Source: an uncultured Alphaproteobacteria bacterium
Lineage (GTDB): Bacteria > Pseudomonadota > Alphaproteobacteria > Sphingomonadales > Sphingomonadaceae
DNA: 64,000 bases
NCBI GenBank assembly: GCA_963798785.1
Contig: CAWCUG010000002.1
Location: forward strand, 2,210-66,209
Direction of reading: 5' to 3'
Positions within the stretch are counted from its first letter, which is position 1; every line of letters begins with the position of its first letter. Position numbers and translations under genes: made by a program. Positions 9,984 through 20,718 of the stretch are shown here, piece after piece. A model generated the notes under the pieces. That model was not told the origin of the DNA, made no database searches, and worked only from the letters and a program-made list of their open reading frames with translations.

Positions 9984-11186
9984 ATGGCGACCGACAGCGC
10001 GAACATTGCAGAGGGCCAGGCGGCACAGCGCCCCGCTGTCCAGCAGCGGCGGCAGAGGCGATCTGACCCGCCGCTGATCGAATCGCCGGCTCGCCCCATC
10101 CTCAAGGGAGTGGGGCTCGACGCGCCGTTTTTCGAGGACAAGAACCGTGCCTTCTGGTTCCTCCAGAGCCTCGGCTGGACCGGATATTTCCTGCTCCGGT
10201 CGCTGTCCGGGTTCGCCAATTCGATGGGGCCGATGTGGGTGGTCCACACGGCGCTACTCACCGCCACCGGCTATTCCCTTACATTGTTGATGGGAGCGCT
10301 GTTCCGGCGGCTCATCAAGATGCGGGTGGTGTGGACCGCCGTGCTTTCGCTCGCCGCGGTGATCGTCGCGTCGACGGCATTTTCGGTCATCGAGACGTGG
10401 AGCTACGCGACTTTCCTGAAGCCCGACGCGAGGCCGGTCGGGTTCGAATACCTGGGTGCGATCCTGCTCAACTTCGCGCTGTTGGCGGCATGGGCGGCGC
10501 TTTATTACGGGATCAATTATTACATCCTGCTGGAAGAGCAGATCACCCAGCGCGAGCGGCTTGAGGGGCAGGCGAGCTCGGCGCAGCTGGCAATGCTTCG
10601 CTACCAGCTCAACCCGCACTTCCTGTTCAACACGCTCAATTCGATCTCGACCCTGGTACTTCTCAAGCAAACCGAGCGCGCCAATGCGATGCTTGCCAGG
10701 CTGTCGTCCTTCCTTCGCTACACGCTGGCCAACGAATCGACCGCCAAGGTGACGCTCGCGCAGGAAGTCGAGACCCTCAAGCTGTATCTGGAGATCGAGA
10801 AGATGCGCTTCGAGGACCGGATGCGCCCGCATTTCCGGATCGACGGGGAAACCATCGGTGCAAAGCTCCCGTCGCTGCTTCTCCAGCCGCTGATCGAGAA
10901 TGCGATCAAATATGCGGTGACCCCAAGCGAGGATGGCGCCGACATCTGGATCACCGCAAGGCGCGAAGGAAGCGCCGTTCGGATCGAAGTTGCCGACAGC
11001 GGCAATGTCCAGGGCAGTTCCGATGCCTCGGTCAGCCCATCGACCGGAGTCGGCCTCGCCAACATCCGCGAACGGCTCGTCCAGGCCTATGGTAATACGC
11101 ACGGGTTCACGACGAGAACGAACGAACATGGAGGGTTCAGCGTTATCATCGAAATTCCCTACGAGAGCGGAGACGAAGACAGATGA
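9984..11186 (+). CDS. LytS/YehU-family sensor histidine kinase
   Basis: TM helices then LRYQLNPHFLFNTLNSI, LLQPLIENAIKY, TGVGLANIRERL. Confidence 0.92.
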   Translation: MATDSANIAEGQAAQRPAVQQRRQRRSDPPLIESPARPILKGVGLDAPFFEDKNRAFWFLQSLGWTGYFLLRSLSGFANSMGPMWVVHTALLTATGYSLTLLMGALFRRLIKMRVVWTAVLSLAAVIVASTAFSVIETWSYATFLKPDARPVGFEYLGAILLNFALLAAWAALYYGINYYILLEEQITQRERLEGQASSAQLAMLRYQLNPHFLFNTLNSISTLVLLKQTERANAMLARLSSFLRYTLANESTAKVTLAQEVETLKLYLEIEKMRFEDRMRPHFRIDGETIGAKLPSLLLQPLIENAIKYAVTPSEDGADIWITARREGSAVRIEVADSGNVQGSSDASVSPSTGVGLANIRERLVQAYGNTHGFTTRTNEHGGFSVIIEIPYESGDEDR

Positions 11187-11984
11187 CCATCCGGACCATC
11201 CTGGTCGACGACGAGCCGCTTGCCACGCAGGGGCTCCAGCTCCGGCTGGAAGCCCATGACGACGTCGAAATCGTGGCAACCGCATCGAACGGACGCGAGG
11301 CGATCCGGCAGATCAAGACCCACAAGCCCGACCTGGTTTTCCTCGACATCCAGATGCCCGGCTTCGACGGCTTTTCGGTCATCCAGGGGCTTCTCGACGT
11401 CGAGCCGCCGCTGTTCGTGTTCGTCACCGCCTTTAGCGACCACGCGGTCCGGGCGTTCGAGTCGCAGGCGGTCGATTACCTGGTCAAGCCGGTAGACGAG
11501 GACAGGCTCGCCGCGAACTCTAGACCGGGTCCGCCAGCGACTGTCGGAAAAGCGAAGCGTCGAGGAGGCCGAGCGGCTGAAGGAAGCGCTGGTCGAGCAT
11601 GCTCCCGAAGCGGCCGAGGAACTGGAAGGCAGCGGCGAGGGCCCGGCCGCCAACCGCTTCGAAAAGATGATCAACATCAAGGACCAGGGGCAGATCTTCC
11701 GGGTCGATGTCGACACGATCGAGCGGATCGACGCGGCCGGCGATTACATGTGCATCCAGACGGGCGACAATACGCTGATCCTGCGCGAGACGATGAAGGA
11801 CCTGGAGAAAAGGCTCGACCCGAGGCGGTTCCAGCGGGTGCACCGGTCGACAATCGTCAACCTCGACCTCGTCAAGCAGGTCAAGCCGCACACCAACGGC
11901 GAATGCTTCCTGGTGCTCGATTCGGGCGCCCAGGTGAAGGTCAGCCGAAGCTATCGCGACGTGGTTGCGAGGTTCGTCCACTAA
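11183..11984 (+). CDS. LytTR-family response regulator; frameshift at about 11516
   Basis: Receiver VDDEPLA...FLDIQMP...DYLVKP in ORF 11183; LytTR domain (AAGDYMCI...FQRVHRSTIVN...VSRSY) in ORF 11667..11984; removing one A from GCGAACT restores a continuous frame; ATGA overlap with the kinase. Confidence 0.9.
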
Positions 11985-12109
11985 GCAGAGGCGAACGGCA
12001 CCGCTTTGCGCGGCGCCTGGCCCTTGGCCGCCGCGGAGTCTCTCCTAGGCAGTTCGATGCAGGGGCGCGGTTGGCAATTTGTAAAGGCTTTGGCCCCAAT
12101 CCTTCCGCG

Positions 12110-12274
12110 ATGTTGCGTGTGCTTCCGTTGGTCGGGCTTCTGCTTGCGTCGTGCGGACCGGTTCGCTCCGAGCCTGACCGGTCGAGCGTCACGGTAACCC
12201 TTCCGCCGCCAAAGCCGGCTGCCGCCCCCGGGTTTAGCGACCAGGTGATCACGCCGGCCACCCGAGACGGCTGA
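12110..12274 (+). CDS. Small (54 aa) Pro-rich lipoprotein
   Basis: MLRVLPLVGLLLASCGPVRSEPDRSSVTVTLPPPKPAAAPG...; lipobox LLASC; forms the tail of the frameshifted ORF 11183..12274. Confidence 0.6.
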   Translation: MLRVLPLVGLLLASCGPVRSEPDRSSVTVTLPPPKPAAAPGFSDQVITPATRDG

Positions 12275-12312
12275 GATGGCGGCTTTGGCCGGCCGCTGCT
12301 AACCAGCGCCGC

Positions 12313-13065
12313 ATGGCGGGCAAGTTTGAAACTTTCGAGTCGCTTCACCGGCCGGGACAACCGGTCATCCTCTACAACATCTGGGATCCGGGAAGCGCGC
12401 AGGCGGTCGCCCGTGCCGGGGCAATGGCGATTGCGACGGGAAGCCACCCGGTCGGCGACGCCTCCGGCTTCGGCGACGGGCAGCAGGTGCCGCTCGACTT
12501 CGTTATCGACAATGCCAAGCGAGTCGTTGCCGCGGTCGACCTTCCTGTCACCGTCGATTTCGAAGGTGCCTATGCGGTCGAGGCCGAGGAAGCGGGCGCA
12601 AACGCCGCGCGGCTGAAATCGACCGGCGCGGTCGGCTGCAATTTCGAGGACCAGGTGATTGGCGGGGAAGGCCTCCATCCGCTCGACCGGCAGTGCCGCC
12701 GAATCCAGGCAATCCGCGATTGCGTCGGGCCGGAATTCTTCATCAACGCGCGTACCGACTTGTTCTTGAAGGCCGAGACGTTCGATGATGCCCTGGTCGG
12801 CGAGGCCATCGAGCGTGGCAAGGCTTTCGCCGATTCCGGCGCCAGCGGCTTTTTCGTGCCGCGGCTGTCGGACCCGCGCCAGGTCGAGCGGGTGGTGAGC
12901 GAGGTGCCGCTGCCGCTCAACCTCATCGCCTTCCCCGGCGCTCCCGCGAACCGCGACTGGGCCAATGCCGGAGTGGCGAGGATCAGCTACGGACCGTTCC
13001 CGCACCGGGCGCTTATGAAGACGCTGGAAGAGTGGGCGAGCGAGGCAATCAACTCGGTCCGATAA
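12313..13065 (+). CDS. Isocitrate lyase/PEP mutase family protein
   Basis: NIWDPGSA, LPVTVDFEGAY, GAVGCNFEDQ, FINARTD, GASGFFVP motifs. Confidence 0.88.
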   Translation: MAGKFETFESLHRPGQPVILYNIWDPGSAQAVARAGAMAIATGSHPVGDASGFGDGQQVPLDFVIDNAKRVVAAVDLPVTVDFEGAYAVEAEEAGANAARLKSTGAVGCNFEDQVIGGEGLHPLDRQCRRIQAIRDCVGPEFFINARTDLFLKAETFDDALVGEAIERGKAFADSGASGFFVPRLSDPRQVERVVSEVPLPLNLIAFPGAPANRDWANAGVARISYGPFPHRALMKTLEEWASEAINSVR

Positions 13066-13079
13066 CTGCCCGGCGTTGG

Positions 13080-13107
13080 CGTCATTCCCGCTTTCGCGGG
13101 ACTGACG
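13080..13107. repeat. REP-like palindrome / possible bidirectional terminator
   Basis: CGTCATTCCCGC-TTTC-GCGGGACTGACG, 12-bp stem with one mismatch, between convergent genes; resembles the GTCATTCCCGCGAAAGCGGGAATC-type repeats common in alphaproteobacteria. Confidence 0.6.
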
Positions 13108-13117
13108 ATCCGGTAAT

Positions 13118-14407
13118 TCACCCCGCGAAGGGGTCCCTTACCAGGATGGTGTCGTCGCGCTCTGGGGAGGTGCTGACCAGTGCCACCGGGCAGCGGATCA
13201 GTTCTTCGATGCGGCGGACATATTTGATCGCCCGGGCGGGAAGGTCGGCCCAGCTTCGCGCACCTTCGGTCGACGCCTGCCAGCCCTTTATTTCCTCGTA
13301 CACCGGCTCGACGCGCGCCTGGTCCGCGGGATGGGGTGGCAGGTAATCCAGCTTCTTCCCGTCGAGCTTGTAGCCGGTGCAGACCCTGACCGTTTCCAGC
13401 GTATCGAGCACGTCGAGCTTGGTCAGTGCAATTCCGGTGATTCCGCCGACTGCGACCGCCTGGCGGACGAGGACTGCGTCGAACCAGCCGCAGCGGCGCT
13501 GGCGTCCGGTGACGGTGCCGAATTCGCGGCCGCGGGTCCCAAGCTCCTGGCCCACCTCATTGTCCTGCTCGGTCGGGAACGGGCCGGAGCCGACACGCGT
13601 CGTGTAGGCCTTGGTGATCCCGAGGACGAACCCGGCAGCGTGGGGGCCGACCCCGCTTCCCGCAGCGGTGGTCCCGGCGACGGTGTTGGACGAGGTGACG
13701 AACGGATAGGTGCCGTGGTCGACGTCGAGGAGCACGCCCTGCGCGCCTTCGAACAGGATCCGCCGGCCGCGCGCCAATGCCCGGTCGAGGTCACGCCACA
13801 CCGGGCGGGCGAATGGCAGGACGAAGCCGGCGATTTCGGCGAGGTCGCCAAGCAGGCGGTCGCGATCGACCGGCGGTTCGCCAAAGCCGGCGCGAAGCGC
13901 GTCGTGATGCGCGCACAAGCGGTCGAGCACCGGCTCGAGGTGGTCGAGATGGGCAAGGTCGCACAGGCGGATCGCGCGGCGGCCGACCTTGTCTTCGTAG
14001 GCCGGGCCGATGCCGCGCCGGGTGGTGCCGATCTTGCCGGCGCCGCTGGCGTCTTCGCGAAGGGCGTCGAGGTCGCGGTGAATGGGAAGGATCAACGGGC
14101 AGGTTTCGGCCACCATCAGCAGGTCCGGCGTGACCTTCACGCCCTGCTCGCGGATGCGCTCGACCTCCGACTTGAGCGCCCACGGGTCGAGGACGACCCC
14201 ATTGCCGATCACCGACGGCGTGCCGGTGACGATCCCGCTCGGAAGAAGCGACAATTTGTAGGTGGTGCCGTCCACGACCAATGTGTGGCCGGCATTGTGC
14301 CCGCCCTGGAAGCGGACGACCATGTCTGCCTGGCTCGCCAGCCAGTCGACGATCTTGCCCTTGCCTTCGTCGCCCCACTGAGCGCCGATGACGGTCACGT
14401 TTGCCAA
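13118..14407 (-). CDS. purA: Adenylosuccinate synthetase
   Basis: [54 protein letters not shown]. Confidence 0.98.
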   Translation of the reverse strand: MANVTVIGAQWGDEGKGKIVDWLASQADMVVRFQGGHNAGHTLVVDGTTYKLSLLPSGIVTGTPSVIGNGVVLDPWALKSEVERIREQGVKVTPDLLMVAETCPLILPIHRDLDALREDASGAGKIGTTRRGIGPAYEDKVGRRAIRLCDLAHLDHLEPVLDRLCAHHDALRAGFGEPPVDRDRLLGDLAEIAGFVLPFARPVWRDLDRALARGRRILFEGAQGVLLDVDHGTYPFVTSSNTVAGTTAAGSGVGPHAAGFVLGITKAYTTRVGSGPFPTEQDNEVGQELGTRGREFGTVTGRQRRCGWFDAVLVRQAVAVGGITGIALTKLDVLDTLETVRVCTGYKLDGKKLDYLPPHPADQARVEPVYEEIKGWQASTEGARSWADLPARAIKYVRRIEELIRCPVALVSTSPERDDTILVRDPFAG

Positions 14408-14497
14408 GGTCGAATCCCCGTTCTGAGCGGCCCTGGCGGCTCTAGGGGCGCAGCGGCGGTGCGTCCAGTTCGGCGGGACTCCGCAGCGGCCGCAATC

Positions 14498-15172
14498 CTA
14501 TTTCTTGCGGGCGCCGGCGATCTCCGCCTTGAGCCCGGCATAATCGAGCGCTCCATCGGCGAGCTTGTCGCCGATGACGAAGGCAGGCGTGCCGGAGATG
14601 CCACCCGCTTCCGACAGGCGGATATTCTGTTCGACCTGGGCATCGATCTGCGCCTTGTGCGCGGCGAGATCCTTCTGGAGCCGGGCCCAGTTCACGCCGG
14701 CGCTGGTTGCGGCCTCGCGGATGTTCGCCTCGGTAAGGCGGCCCTTGGTGTGCATCAGGGCGAGGTGAAAGGCCTCGTGCTTGCCCTGGAACTGCGACGC
14801 GATTGCGAGCCGCGCGGCGAGTTCGGACATGGGCCCGAAAAAGGGCGTGTCGCGGTAGATGACCCGCAGCTTCTTATCCTCCGAAAAGGCCTTGGCATAT
14901 TCGTCGGTGTGCTGGCGGCAGACCGGGCACTGATAGTCCATGAAATAGACGACGGTGACATCGTAGGCGCCGCCGTTTCGAACCGGCGCGACGCCGGGCT
15001 TGAAGAAGTCCGCCTTGGTGATTTCCGCGGCCATTGCCGTGCTGCCCGGAAGCGAAGCCGGAACGACAGCAGCGGCAAGCGAGAGGGCTAAAGCGGTCGT
15101 GGCGATGCGCCAGACGCGCGCGCCGGTTACGATCGAGACGATGGGGATTTTCCAAAAAGGGTTTCCACTCAT
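14498..15172 (-). CDS. DsbA-family thioredoxin-fold protein
   Basis: Signal/anchor, DYQCPVC active site, cis-Pro motif GTPAFVIG. Confidence 0.88.
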   Translation of the reverse strand: MSGNPFWKIPIVSIVTGARVWRIATTALALSLAAAVVPASLPGSTAMAAEITKADFFKPGVAPVRNGGAYDVTVVYFMDYQCPVCRQHTDEYAKAFSEDKKLRVIYRDTPFFGPMSELAARLAIASQFQGKHEAFHLALMHTKGRLTEANIREAATSAGVNWARLQKDLAAHKAQIDAQVEQNIRLSEAGGISGTPAFVIGDKLADGALDYAGLKAEIAGARKK

Positions 15173-15233
15173 CTATGGACTGGCTTGACGATGCGCAAAG
15201 CCGATCGTCGCGCGTCCGGCTCGGTGCGCCTCG

Positions 15234-16823
15234 TCAAAAGCTGAGCGGTACGACGTCGCGGACGCCCGGGAGGCGGTGAAGCTCGGCCGCGAGGTCGGAC
15301 GTGATCGGATCGTCGACAGCGACCAGGGCGACCGCTTCGCCGCCTTCCTCGCGGCGCCCGAGGTTGAAGGTGCCGATGTTGACCTTGTGCTCGCCGAGCA
15401 TGGTGCCGAGCGCTCCGATGAAGCCGGGCTCGTCGCTGTTGACGATATATATCATCTGGCCGGCAAGCTCGGCCTCGACCCGGATTCCGAAGATGTTCAC
15501 CAACCTCGGCGCGCGGTTGCCGAACAAGGTGCCTTCGACCCGCCTTGGACCGTGGTCGGTGCCGGCGGAGACGGCTACGAGCGTGTGATAATCGCCCTCG
15601 GACTCGGTCCGGATTTCGCGAACCGCGATGCCCCGCTCCTTGGCGAGATAGGGGGCGTTGACCATGTTCACGCTGTCCGACCAGCTGCTCATCACCCCGG
15701 CGAGCACGGCGCCGGTGATCGGCTTCATGTTGAGCTCGGCCGCAGCGCCTTCGACCTCGACGTCGATCGACCGGATTTCAGTCCCCGCGACCTGGCCCAA
15801 CAGCCGTCCGAGGGTTTGCGCGAGCGTCATGTAAGGCCGCAGCCGCGGCGCTTCCTCGGCCGACAGCGACGGGACGTTCACGGCGTTGGTGATGCCGCCG
15901 AGAAGCAGGTAATCGGCCATCTGCTCGGCGACCTGGATGGCGACATTGACCTGCGCCTCGGTGGTCGACGCGCCGAGGTGCGGGGTGCAGATGAGGCCGG
16001 GCGTGCCGAACAGCGGATTGTCCTTCGCCGGCTCCTGGCTGAAAACGTCGAGCGCGGCTCCGGCGACGTGGCCGGACTCCAGAGCGTCCTTGAGCGCAGC
16101 CTCGTCGATCAGGCCGCCGCGCGCGCAATTGACGATTCGGACGCCCGGCTTCGTTTTCGCCAGGGCGTCGCTGGAGAGGATTCCGCGGGTCTGGTCGGTC
16201 AGCGGCGTGTGCAGGGTGATGAAGTCGGCGCGGGCGAGAAGCTCGTCGAGATCGGCCTTTTCGACCCCGAGCTCGACCGCCCGCTCCGGCGACAGGAACG
16301 GGTCGTAGGCGACGACCTTCATCTTGAGGCCGAGCGCGCGGTCGGCGACGATCGAGCCGATATTGCCGCAGCCGACGAGGCCGAGAGTCTTGCCGGCAAG
16401 CTCGACGCCCATGAAGCGGCTCTTTTCCCACTTGCCCGACTGCGTCGACTGGTCGGCCTGGGGGATTTCGCGGGCCAGCGCGAACAGCATCGCGATGGCG
16501 TGCTCGGCGGTGGTGATCGAGTTTCCGAACGGCGTGTTCATGACGACGATCCCGCGCGCCGAGGCGGCGGGGACGTCGATCGTGTCGACCCCGATCCCGG
16601 CGCGGCCGATCACCTTCAGGCGCGGGACGGCGGCGTCCATGACGGCGGCGGTGACTCGCGTCGAGCTGCGCACGGCGAGGCCGTCATAGTCGCCGATGAT
16701 CGCCTTGAGGTCGTCGGGCGACAGGCCGGGCTTCTCGTCCACCTCGATCCCCCGGTCGCGGAAGATGGCGGCGGCCCTGGGGTCCATCTTGTCGGCGATG
16801 AGGACTTTGACTGTGTCGGTCAT
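15234..16823 (-). CDS. serA: D-3-phosphoglycerate dehydrogenase (with C-terminal ACT domain)
   Basis: Start [13 protein letters not shown] at 16823; [42 protein letters not shown]. Confidence 0.97.
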   Translation of the reverse strand: MTDTVKVLIADKMDPRAAAIFRDRGIEVDEKPGLSPDDLKAIIGDYDGLAVRSSTRVTAAVMDAAVPRLKVIGRAGIGVDTIDVPAASARGIVVMNTPFGNSITTAEHAIAMLFALAREIPQADQSTQSGKWEKSRFMGVELAGKTLGLVGCGNIGSIVADRALGLKMKVVAYDPFLSPERAVELGVEKADLDELLARADFITLHTPLTDQTRGILSSDALAKTKPGVRIVNCARGGLIDEAALKDALESGHVAGAALDVFSQEPAKDNPLFGTPGLICTPHLGASTTEAQVNVAIQVAEQMADYLLLGGITNAVNVPSLSAEEAPRLRPYMTLAQTLGRLLGQVAGTEIRSIDVEVEGAAAELNMKPITGAVLAGVMSSWSDSVNMVNAPYLAKERGIAVREIRTESEGDYHTLVAVSAGTDHGPRRVEGTLFGNRAPRLVNIFGIRVEAELAGQMIYIVNSDEPGFIGALGTMLGEHKVNIGTFNLGRREEGGEAVALVAVDDPITSDLAAELHRLPGVRDVVPLSF

Positions 16824-17953
16824 GCCGTCTTCTCCCAGGCCCAGTCGAGCCATGGCGTCAGCGCCTCGATATCGGCGGTTTCGACCGTTGCTCCGCACCA
16901 GATCCGAAGGCCCGGCGGGGCGTCGCGATAGGCGCCGATGTCGTAGGCGGCGCCCTCGCTGGCGAGCAGCTTGACGATGGCTTTCTGCCGCGCGGCGTTC
17001 GCCTGCTCGTTCGAGCGGTCGGCGAATTGCAGGCACACGGAGGTGTTGGAGCGGATCGCCGGGTCGGGGGCGAGATTCTCGATCCAGTCGGCGGACTGCA
17101 CCCAGTGCTCGAGTGCCGCCGCATTGGCGTCGGCGCGAGCGATCAGCGCTGGCAACCCGCCGGTGCTTTCGGCCCAATCGAGGCAGACGAGCCAGTCCTC
17201 GACGGCGAGCATCGAGGGGGTGTTGATCGTCTCGCCCTTGAAGATTCCCTCGATCAGCTTGCCGCCCTTTGTGAGCCGGAAGATTTTCGGAAGCGGGCGC
17301 GGTGCGGGCTGGCTTTCGAGCCGTTCGACGGCGCGGGGGCTGAGCACCAGCATGCCGTGTGCCGCTTCGCCGCCGAGCGCCTTTTGCCAGCTGAACGTGC
17401 CGACATCGATTTTCGGCCAGTCGATGTCCTGCGCGAAAGCGGCGGACGTTGCGTCGCAGATCGAAAGGCCGGTGCGGTCCGGCGCGATCCAGTCGCCGTT
17501 GGGAACGCGAACTCCGCTCGTGGTCCCGTTCCAGGTGAAGACGATGTCGCTTTCCGGGCCAATCCCTGAAAGGTCGGCGATTTCACCGTAGGGCGCGGTT
17601 CGGATGTCGGCATCGAGCTTGAGCTGCTTTGCGACGTCGGTGACCCAGCCCGCGCCGAAGCTTTCCCAGGCCAGCATGGTCACCGGGCGCGGCCCAAGCA
17701 GCGACCACATCGCCATCTCCATCGCGCCGGTGTCGGAGGCGGGGACGATCCCGAGGCGGTAATCGGCGGGAAGCTGGAGAAGCGCGTGCGTTCGCTCGAT
17801 CGCTTCGCCGAGCCTCGCCTTGCCGAGTGACGAGCGATGCGAGCGGCCGAGGACCGACGTGTCGATCTTGTCGAGCGACCAGCCGGGCGGCTTCGGGCAG
17901 GGACCTGAGGAAAAACTCGGGCGCGCGGGTTTGCGCGCAGGGGTATCGGTCAT
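16820..17953 (-). CDS. serC: Phosphoserine aminotransferase (alphaproteobacterial type)
   Basis: [57 protein letters not shown] overlap with serA. Confidence 0.96.
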   Translation of the reverse strand: MTDTPARKPARPSFSSGPCPKPPGWSLDKIDTSVLGRSHRSSLGKARLGEAIERTHALLQLPADYRLGIVPASDTGAMEMAMWSLLGPRPVTMLAWESFGAGWVTDVAKQLKLDADIRTAPYGEIADLSGIGPESDIVFTWNGTTSGVRVPNGDWIAPDRTGLSICDATSAAFAQDIDWPKIDVGTFSWQKALGGEAAHGMLVLSPRAVERLESQPAPRPLPKIFRLTKGGKLIEGIFKGETINTPSMLAVEDWLVCLDWAESTGGLPALIARADANAAALEHWVQSADWIENLAPDPAIRSNTSVCLQFADRSNEQANAARQKAIVKLLASEGAAYDIGAYRDAPPGLRIWCGATVETADIEALTPWLDWAWEKTA

Positions 17954-17954
17954 T

Positions 17955-18010
17955 CGTAGACTCTCCTCGCAGAGAGCGCGCGCCGCGTTGGGACGGCGTG
18001 GCCCGAGAGC
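17955..18010 (-). ncRNA. Probable serC leader cis-regulatory RNA
   Basis: Minus strand: hairpin CGCCG-UCCCAACG-CGGCG followed by CUCUC-UGCGAG-GAGAG, which sequesters the SD; position directly upstream of serC-serA matches the known alphaproteobacterial serC element. Confidence 0.6.
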
Positions 18011-18319
18011 AGGTGTAAACATCGCCCGGGCCGACACAAGGCAAGTGCGAAAGATTCGCCCGACCGGCAGGCCGGATTCGGAAAGTTCCCGGTAGAGGGG
18101 CGCACGGTAACATCAACTCACCGCAACAGGCCGACGGTTCGTCCCGCGACCGCGCGATTTAGGTTGAATTTGTTAACCAATGAGGGTGAGTTTCGGCTCC
18201 GGCACGAGCGGGGGGTTTTTTCCGCATGTGCCACAGGGGCTGGGGAGCTCCTTTATCGACGGTTTCTTCAAGCGCCCGGCATCGGCTCGGGCGTGCCGTT
18301 GGGGATTTGGGAGCGGGAA

Positions 18320-19264
18320 ATGACGCAGTTGCTGGCACGTTCGCGGACTCTTTTCAGCGATCGCGAGTTTTTCATCCACGACGGAACGCAGCTCCGCCGC
18401 TTTCGCGTGTCGGCTCCCGTCCAGGCCTTTTTCTTTTTCGTTTCCCTGCTTCTCGTCGGCTGGTCCGGATTTTCAGCAGCGCAGATGATTGCCGGCCCGG
18501 CGGCCGAGAAGTCCGTCGTCACGCCCTATGCAACGCAGCTCAAGAAGCTGGCCGCGGAGACCGACCGGCGGGTGAAGCTCGTCGAGCAGCGCCAGTTCGC
18601 TCTCGCCGCCGCTCTCGAAGCGCAGGACGTCGATGCCGACACTCTCAAGCGGCTCGGCTTCTACCCGGCACCGGCCGGGACCGGCGCAGTCGGTGGGCCA
18701 TTCGATTCGGGCGCCGCAGACCCGACTTTCAAGCAGCTGTTCAGCAGCTGGAAGAAGCTCGACACGCTGGCCGACGGAGCGATCGCCATTCCCTCGGCAA
18801 AGCCGCTCAGCACCGCCGAATTCACCAGCGGTTTCGGATCGCGTAGCGACCCGTTCCGCCACGGCGCCGCATTCCACCCCGGAATCGACCTCGCAGCGCC
18901 TTACGGCACTCCGGTCCACGCGACCGCCGAAGGCACCGTCATCCGCGCCGGCTGGAACAGCGGCGGCTATGGCAACATGGTCGAAATCGACCACGGCCGC
19001 GGGATCATCACCCGCTATGGCCACATGTCGAAAGTCCTGGTCAGCGAAGGCGAGCATGTCACCCGCGGCGAGGAAATCGGCCGGGTCGGCTCAACCGGAC
19101 GCTCGACCGGCAACCACCTCCACTACGAGGTCCGGATCGACAACAGCCCGGTCAACCCGATCCCGTTCATGAAGTCGACCGACTACCTGCTCGCGATGAA
19201 GCGGGCCGGAAGCAACGCGTCGATGGACCAGGTTGCGCTGGGCGGACCGGCCGGCGGCAAATAA
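18320..19264 (+). CDS. M23 family metallopeptidase (LytM/NlpD-like)
   Basis: TM anchor and coiled coil, FTSGFG, HPGIDLAA, YGHMS, STGNHLHYEV. Confidence 0.92.
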   Translation: MTQLLARSRTLFSDREFFIHDGTQLRRFRVSAPVQAFFFFVSLLLVGWSGFSAAQMIAGPAAEKSVVTPYATQLKKLAAETDRRVKLVEQRQFALAAALEAQDVDADTLKRLGFYPAPAGTGAVGGPFDSGAADPTFKQLFSSWKKLDTLADGAIAIPSAKPLSTAEFTSGFGSRSDPFRHGAAFHPGIDLAAPYGTPVHATAEGTVIRAGWNSGGYGNMVEIDHGRGIITRYGHMSKVLVSEGEHVTRGEEIGRVGSTGRSTGNHLHYEVRIDNSPVNPIPFMKSTDYLLAMKRAGSNASMDQVALGGPAGGK

Positions 19265-19310
19265 TCGCCTCGAGGTTGCCGCCCCCCAGCCGGCACCCTA
19301 TTTTACCTGT

Positions 19311-19643
19311 GTGACCGAAGCCCAGATCAGCCTTAGCGAGAACGCGGCCAAGCGGGTCGCCGCCATTGCCGAGCGCAAGCACGCGCCGGCGATCCTGCGG
19401 CTTGCCGTCGACGGCGGCGGTTGCGCCGGCTTCACCTACAGCTTCGAGCTTGCCGAGGCTCCCGACGAGGCGGACTCGGTAGCCGAGACCGACGGCGTAA
19501 GGCTCGTCGTCGATCCCGCCAGCCTGGAGCTGGTTCGCGGGTCGTGTGTCGATTTCGTCGAGGACCTCGGCGGCGCGGCGTTCCGGGTGACCAATCCCAA
19601 CGCGCAGTCGGGATGCGGCTGCGGGTCGAGCTTTTCGGTCTAG
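19311..19643 (+). CDS. erpA: A-type Fe-S cluster carrier (ErpA/IscA/HesB)
   Basis: GTG start; GGGCAGFTY and CGCGSSF motifs. Confidence 0.88.
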   Translation: MTEAQISLSENAAKRVAAIAERKHAPAILRLAVDGGGCAGFTYSFELAEAPDEADSVAETDGVRLVVDPASLELVRGSCVDFVEDLGGAAFRVTNPNAQSGCGCGSSFSV

Positions 19644-19666
19644 AAAGCAGCGGCTAGGGCGGGGCC

Positions 19667-20449
19667 ATGAAAATCGCCTCCTACAATCTCAACGGAATTC
19701 GGGCGCGCATGCCCCGGCTTCTCGAATGGCTCGATCGCGAAAAGCCGGACATCGTCTGCCTTCAGGAATTGAAATGCGCCGACGAGTCGCTTCCGATCGC
19801 CGACATCGAAGGCGCGGGCTACGGCGCCGTATGGCACGGGCAGAAGGGCTTCAACGGGGTCGCGGTGCTTGCTCGCGGCGACTCTCCGAAGCTCCGGCGA
19901 ATGGGCCTTCCCGGCGACCCCGACGACACGCACAGCCGCTACATCGAGGCGGAGGTCGGCGACGTCATCCTTGCCTCCATCTACCTCCCCAACGGCAATC
20001 CGGTCGGCACCGAGAAGTTCGAGTACAAGATCCGCTGGTTCGAGCGGCTTGCCGAGCGCGCGGCCGAACTTCTCAAAGAAGAACGGCCGGTCGTGCTCGC
20101 GGGCGATTGGAACGTGGTTCCGGAGGACCGCGACGTCTTCTCCGTCCGCGCAACCCAGCATGATGCGGTGATGCAGCCCGAGGCGCGTGAGGTGTGGCGG
20201 CGGATGCTCAATGCGGGGTGGACGGACGCGCTTCGGTCGCTTCATCCCGACGAGCCCAAGCTCTACACTTTCTGGGACTACACCGCCGGCTGCTGGCAGC
20301 GCGATTTGGGCTTCCGGCTCGACCATCTCCTGTGCTCGCCGGAGGCGGCGGACCGGCTGCGCGGCGCGGGCGTCGACCGCTGGGCGCGCGGCGAGGAGAA
20401 AGCCTCCGACCACGCGCCGACGTGGGTGGTCCTAAGGGACGCGGCCTAG
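19667..20449 (+). CDS. xth: Exodeoxyribonuclease III
   Basis: SYNLNGIR, LQELK, YLPNG, GDWNV, RLDHLL, SDHAP. Confidence 0.95.
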   Translation: MKIASYNLNGIRARMPRLLEWLDREKPDIVCLQELKCADESLPIADIEGAGYGAVWHGQKGFNGVAVLARGDSPKLRRMGLPGDPDDTHSRYIEAEVGDVILASIYLPNGNPVGTEKFEYKIRWFERLAERAAELLKEERPVVLAGDWNVVPEDRDVFSVRATQHDAVMQPEAREVWRRMLNAGWTDALRSLHPDEPKLYTFWDYTAGCWQRDLGFRLDHLLCSPEAADRLRGAGVDRWARGEEKASDHAPTWVVLRDAA

Positions 20450-20718
20450 CTGCCTTTCTCCCGGTGCGGGCAGCCGGGCCAGCAACACGGGCGGCGTTTC
20501 CCTTGACTTAGGCTTTCGCAGCCCCAGTCGAGCCGCTTCAACCTCGTTTGCGCTTTCTTCGCCGACTCGATCCAGCAGATCCACTCGTTACGCGCCAGCG
20601 GCGTTATGTCCGCCCAGGTCGCAAGCGCCTTTGAATTACGTTTCAGCGCGTCTTCGAAGTCGGCGGGAAGACCGTGGACGACTCCGCCCGCAATTCGCGT
20701 CGATCCGGACGTGTTCAA
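20446..20718 (-). CDS. YdeI/OmpD-associated family protein
   Basis: LPADFEDAL...ITPLARNEWICWIESAKKAQTR...RRPCCWPGCPHR. Confidence 0.8.
   Translation of the reverse strand: MNTSGSTRIAGGVVHGLPADFEDALKRNSKALATWADITPLARNEWICWIESAKKAQTRLKRLDWGCESLSQGKRRPCCWPGCPHREKGS

Noticed and set aside
11510-11525. Programmed ribosomal frameshifting in split genes (LytTR, NarL, ADH, MFS and others)
   Set aside because: No canonical slippery heptamers or stimulators; these families are not known to be recoded; sequencing error is more parsimonious.
18155-18182. CtrA site upstream of the M23 peptidase (TTAACCAA)
   Set aside because: Only a half-site; no properly spaced partner.
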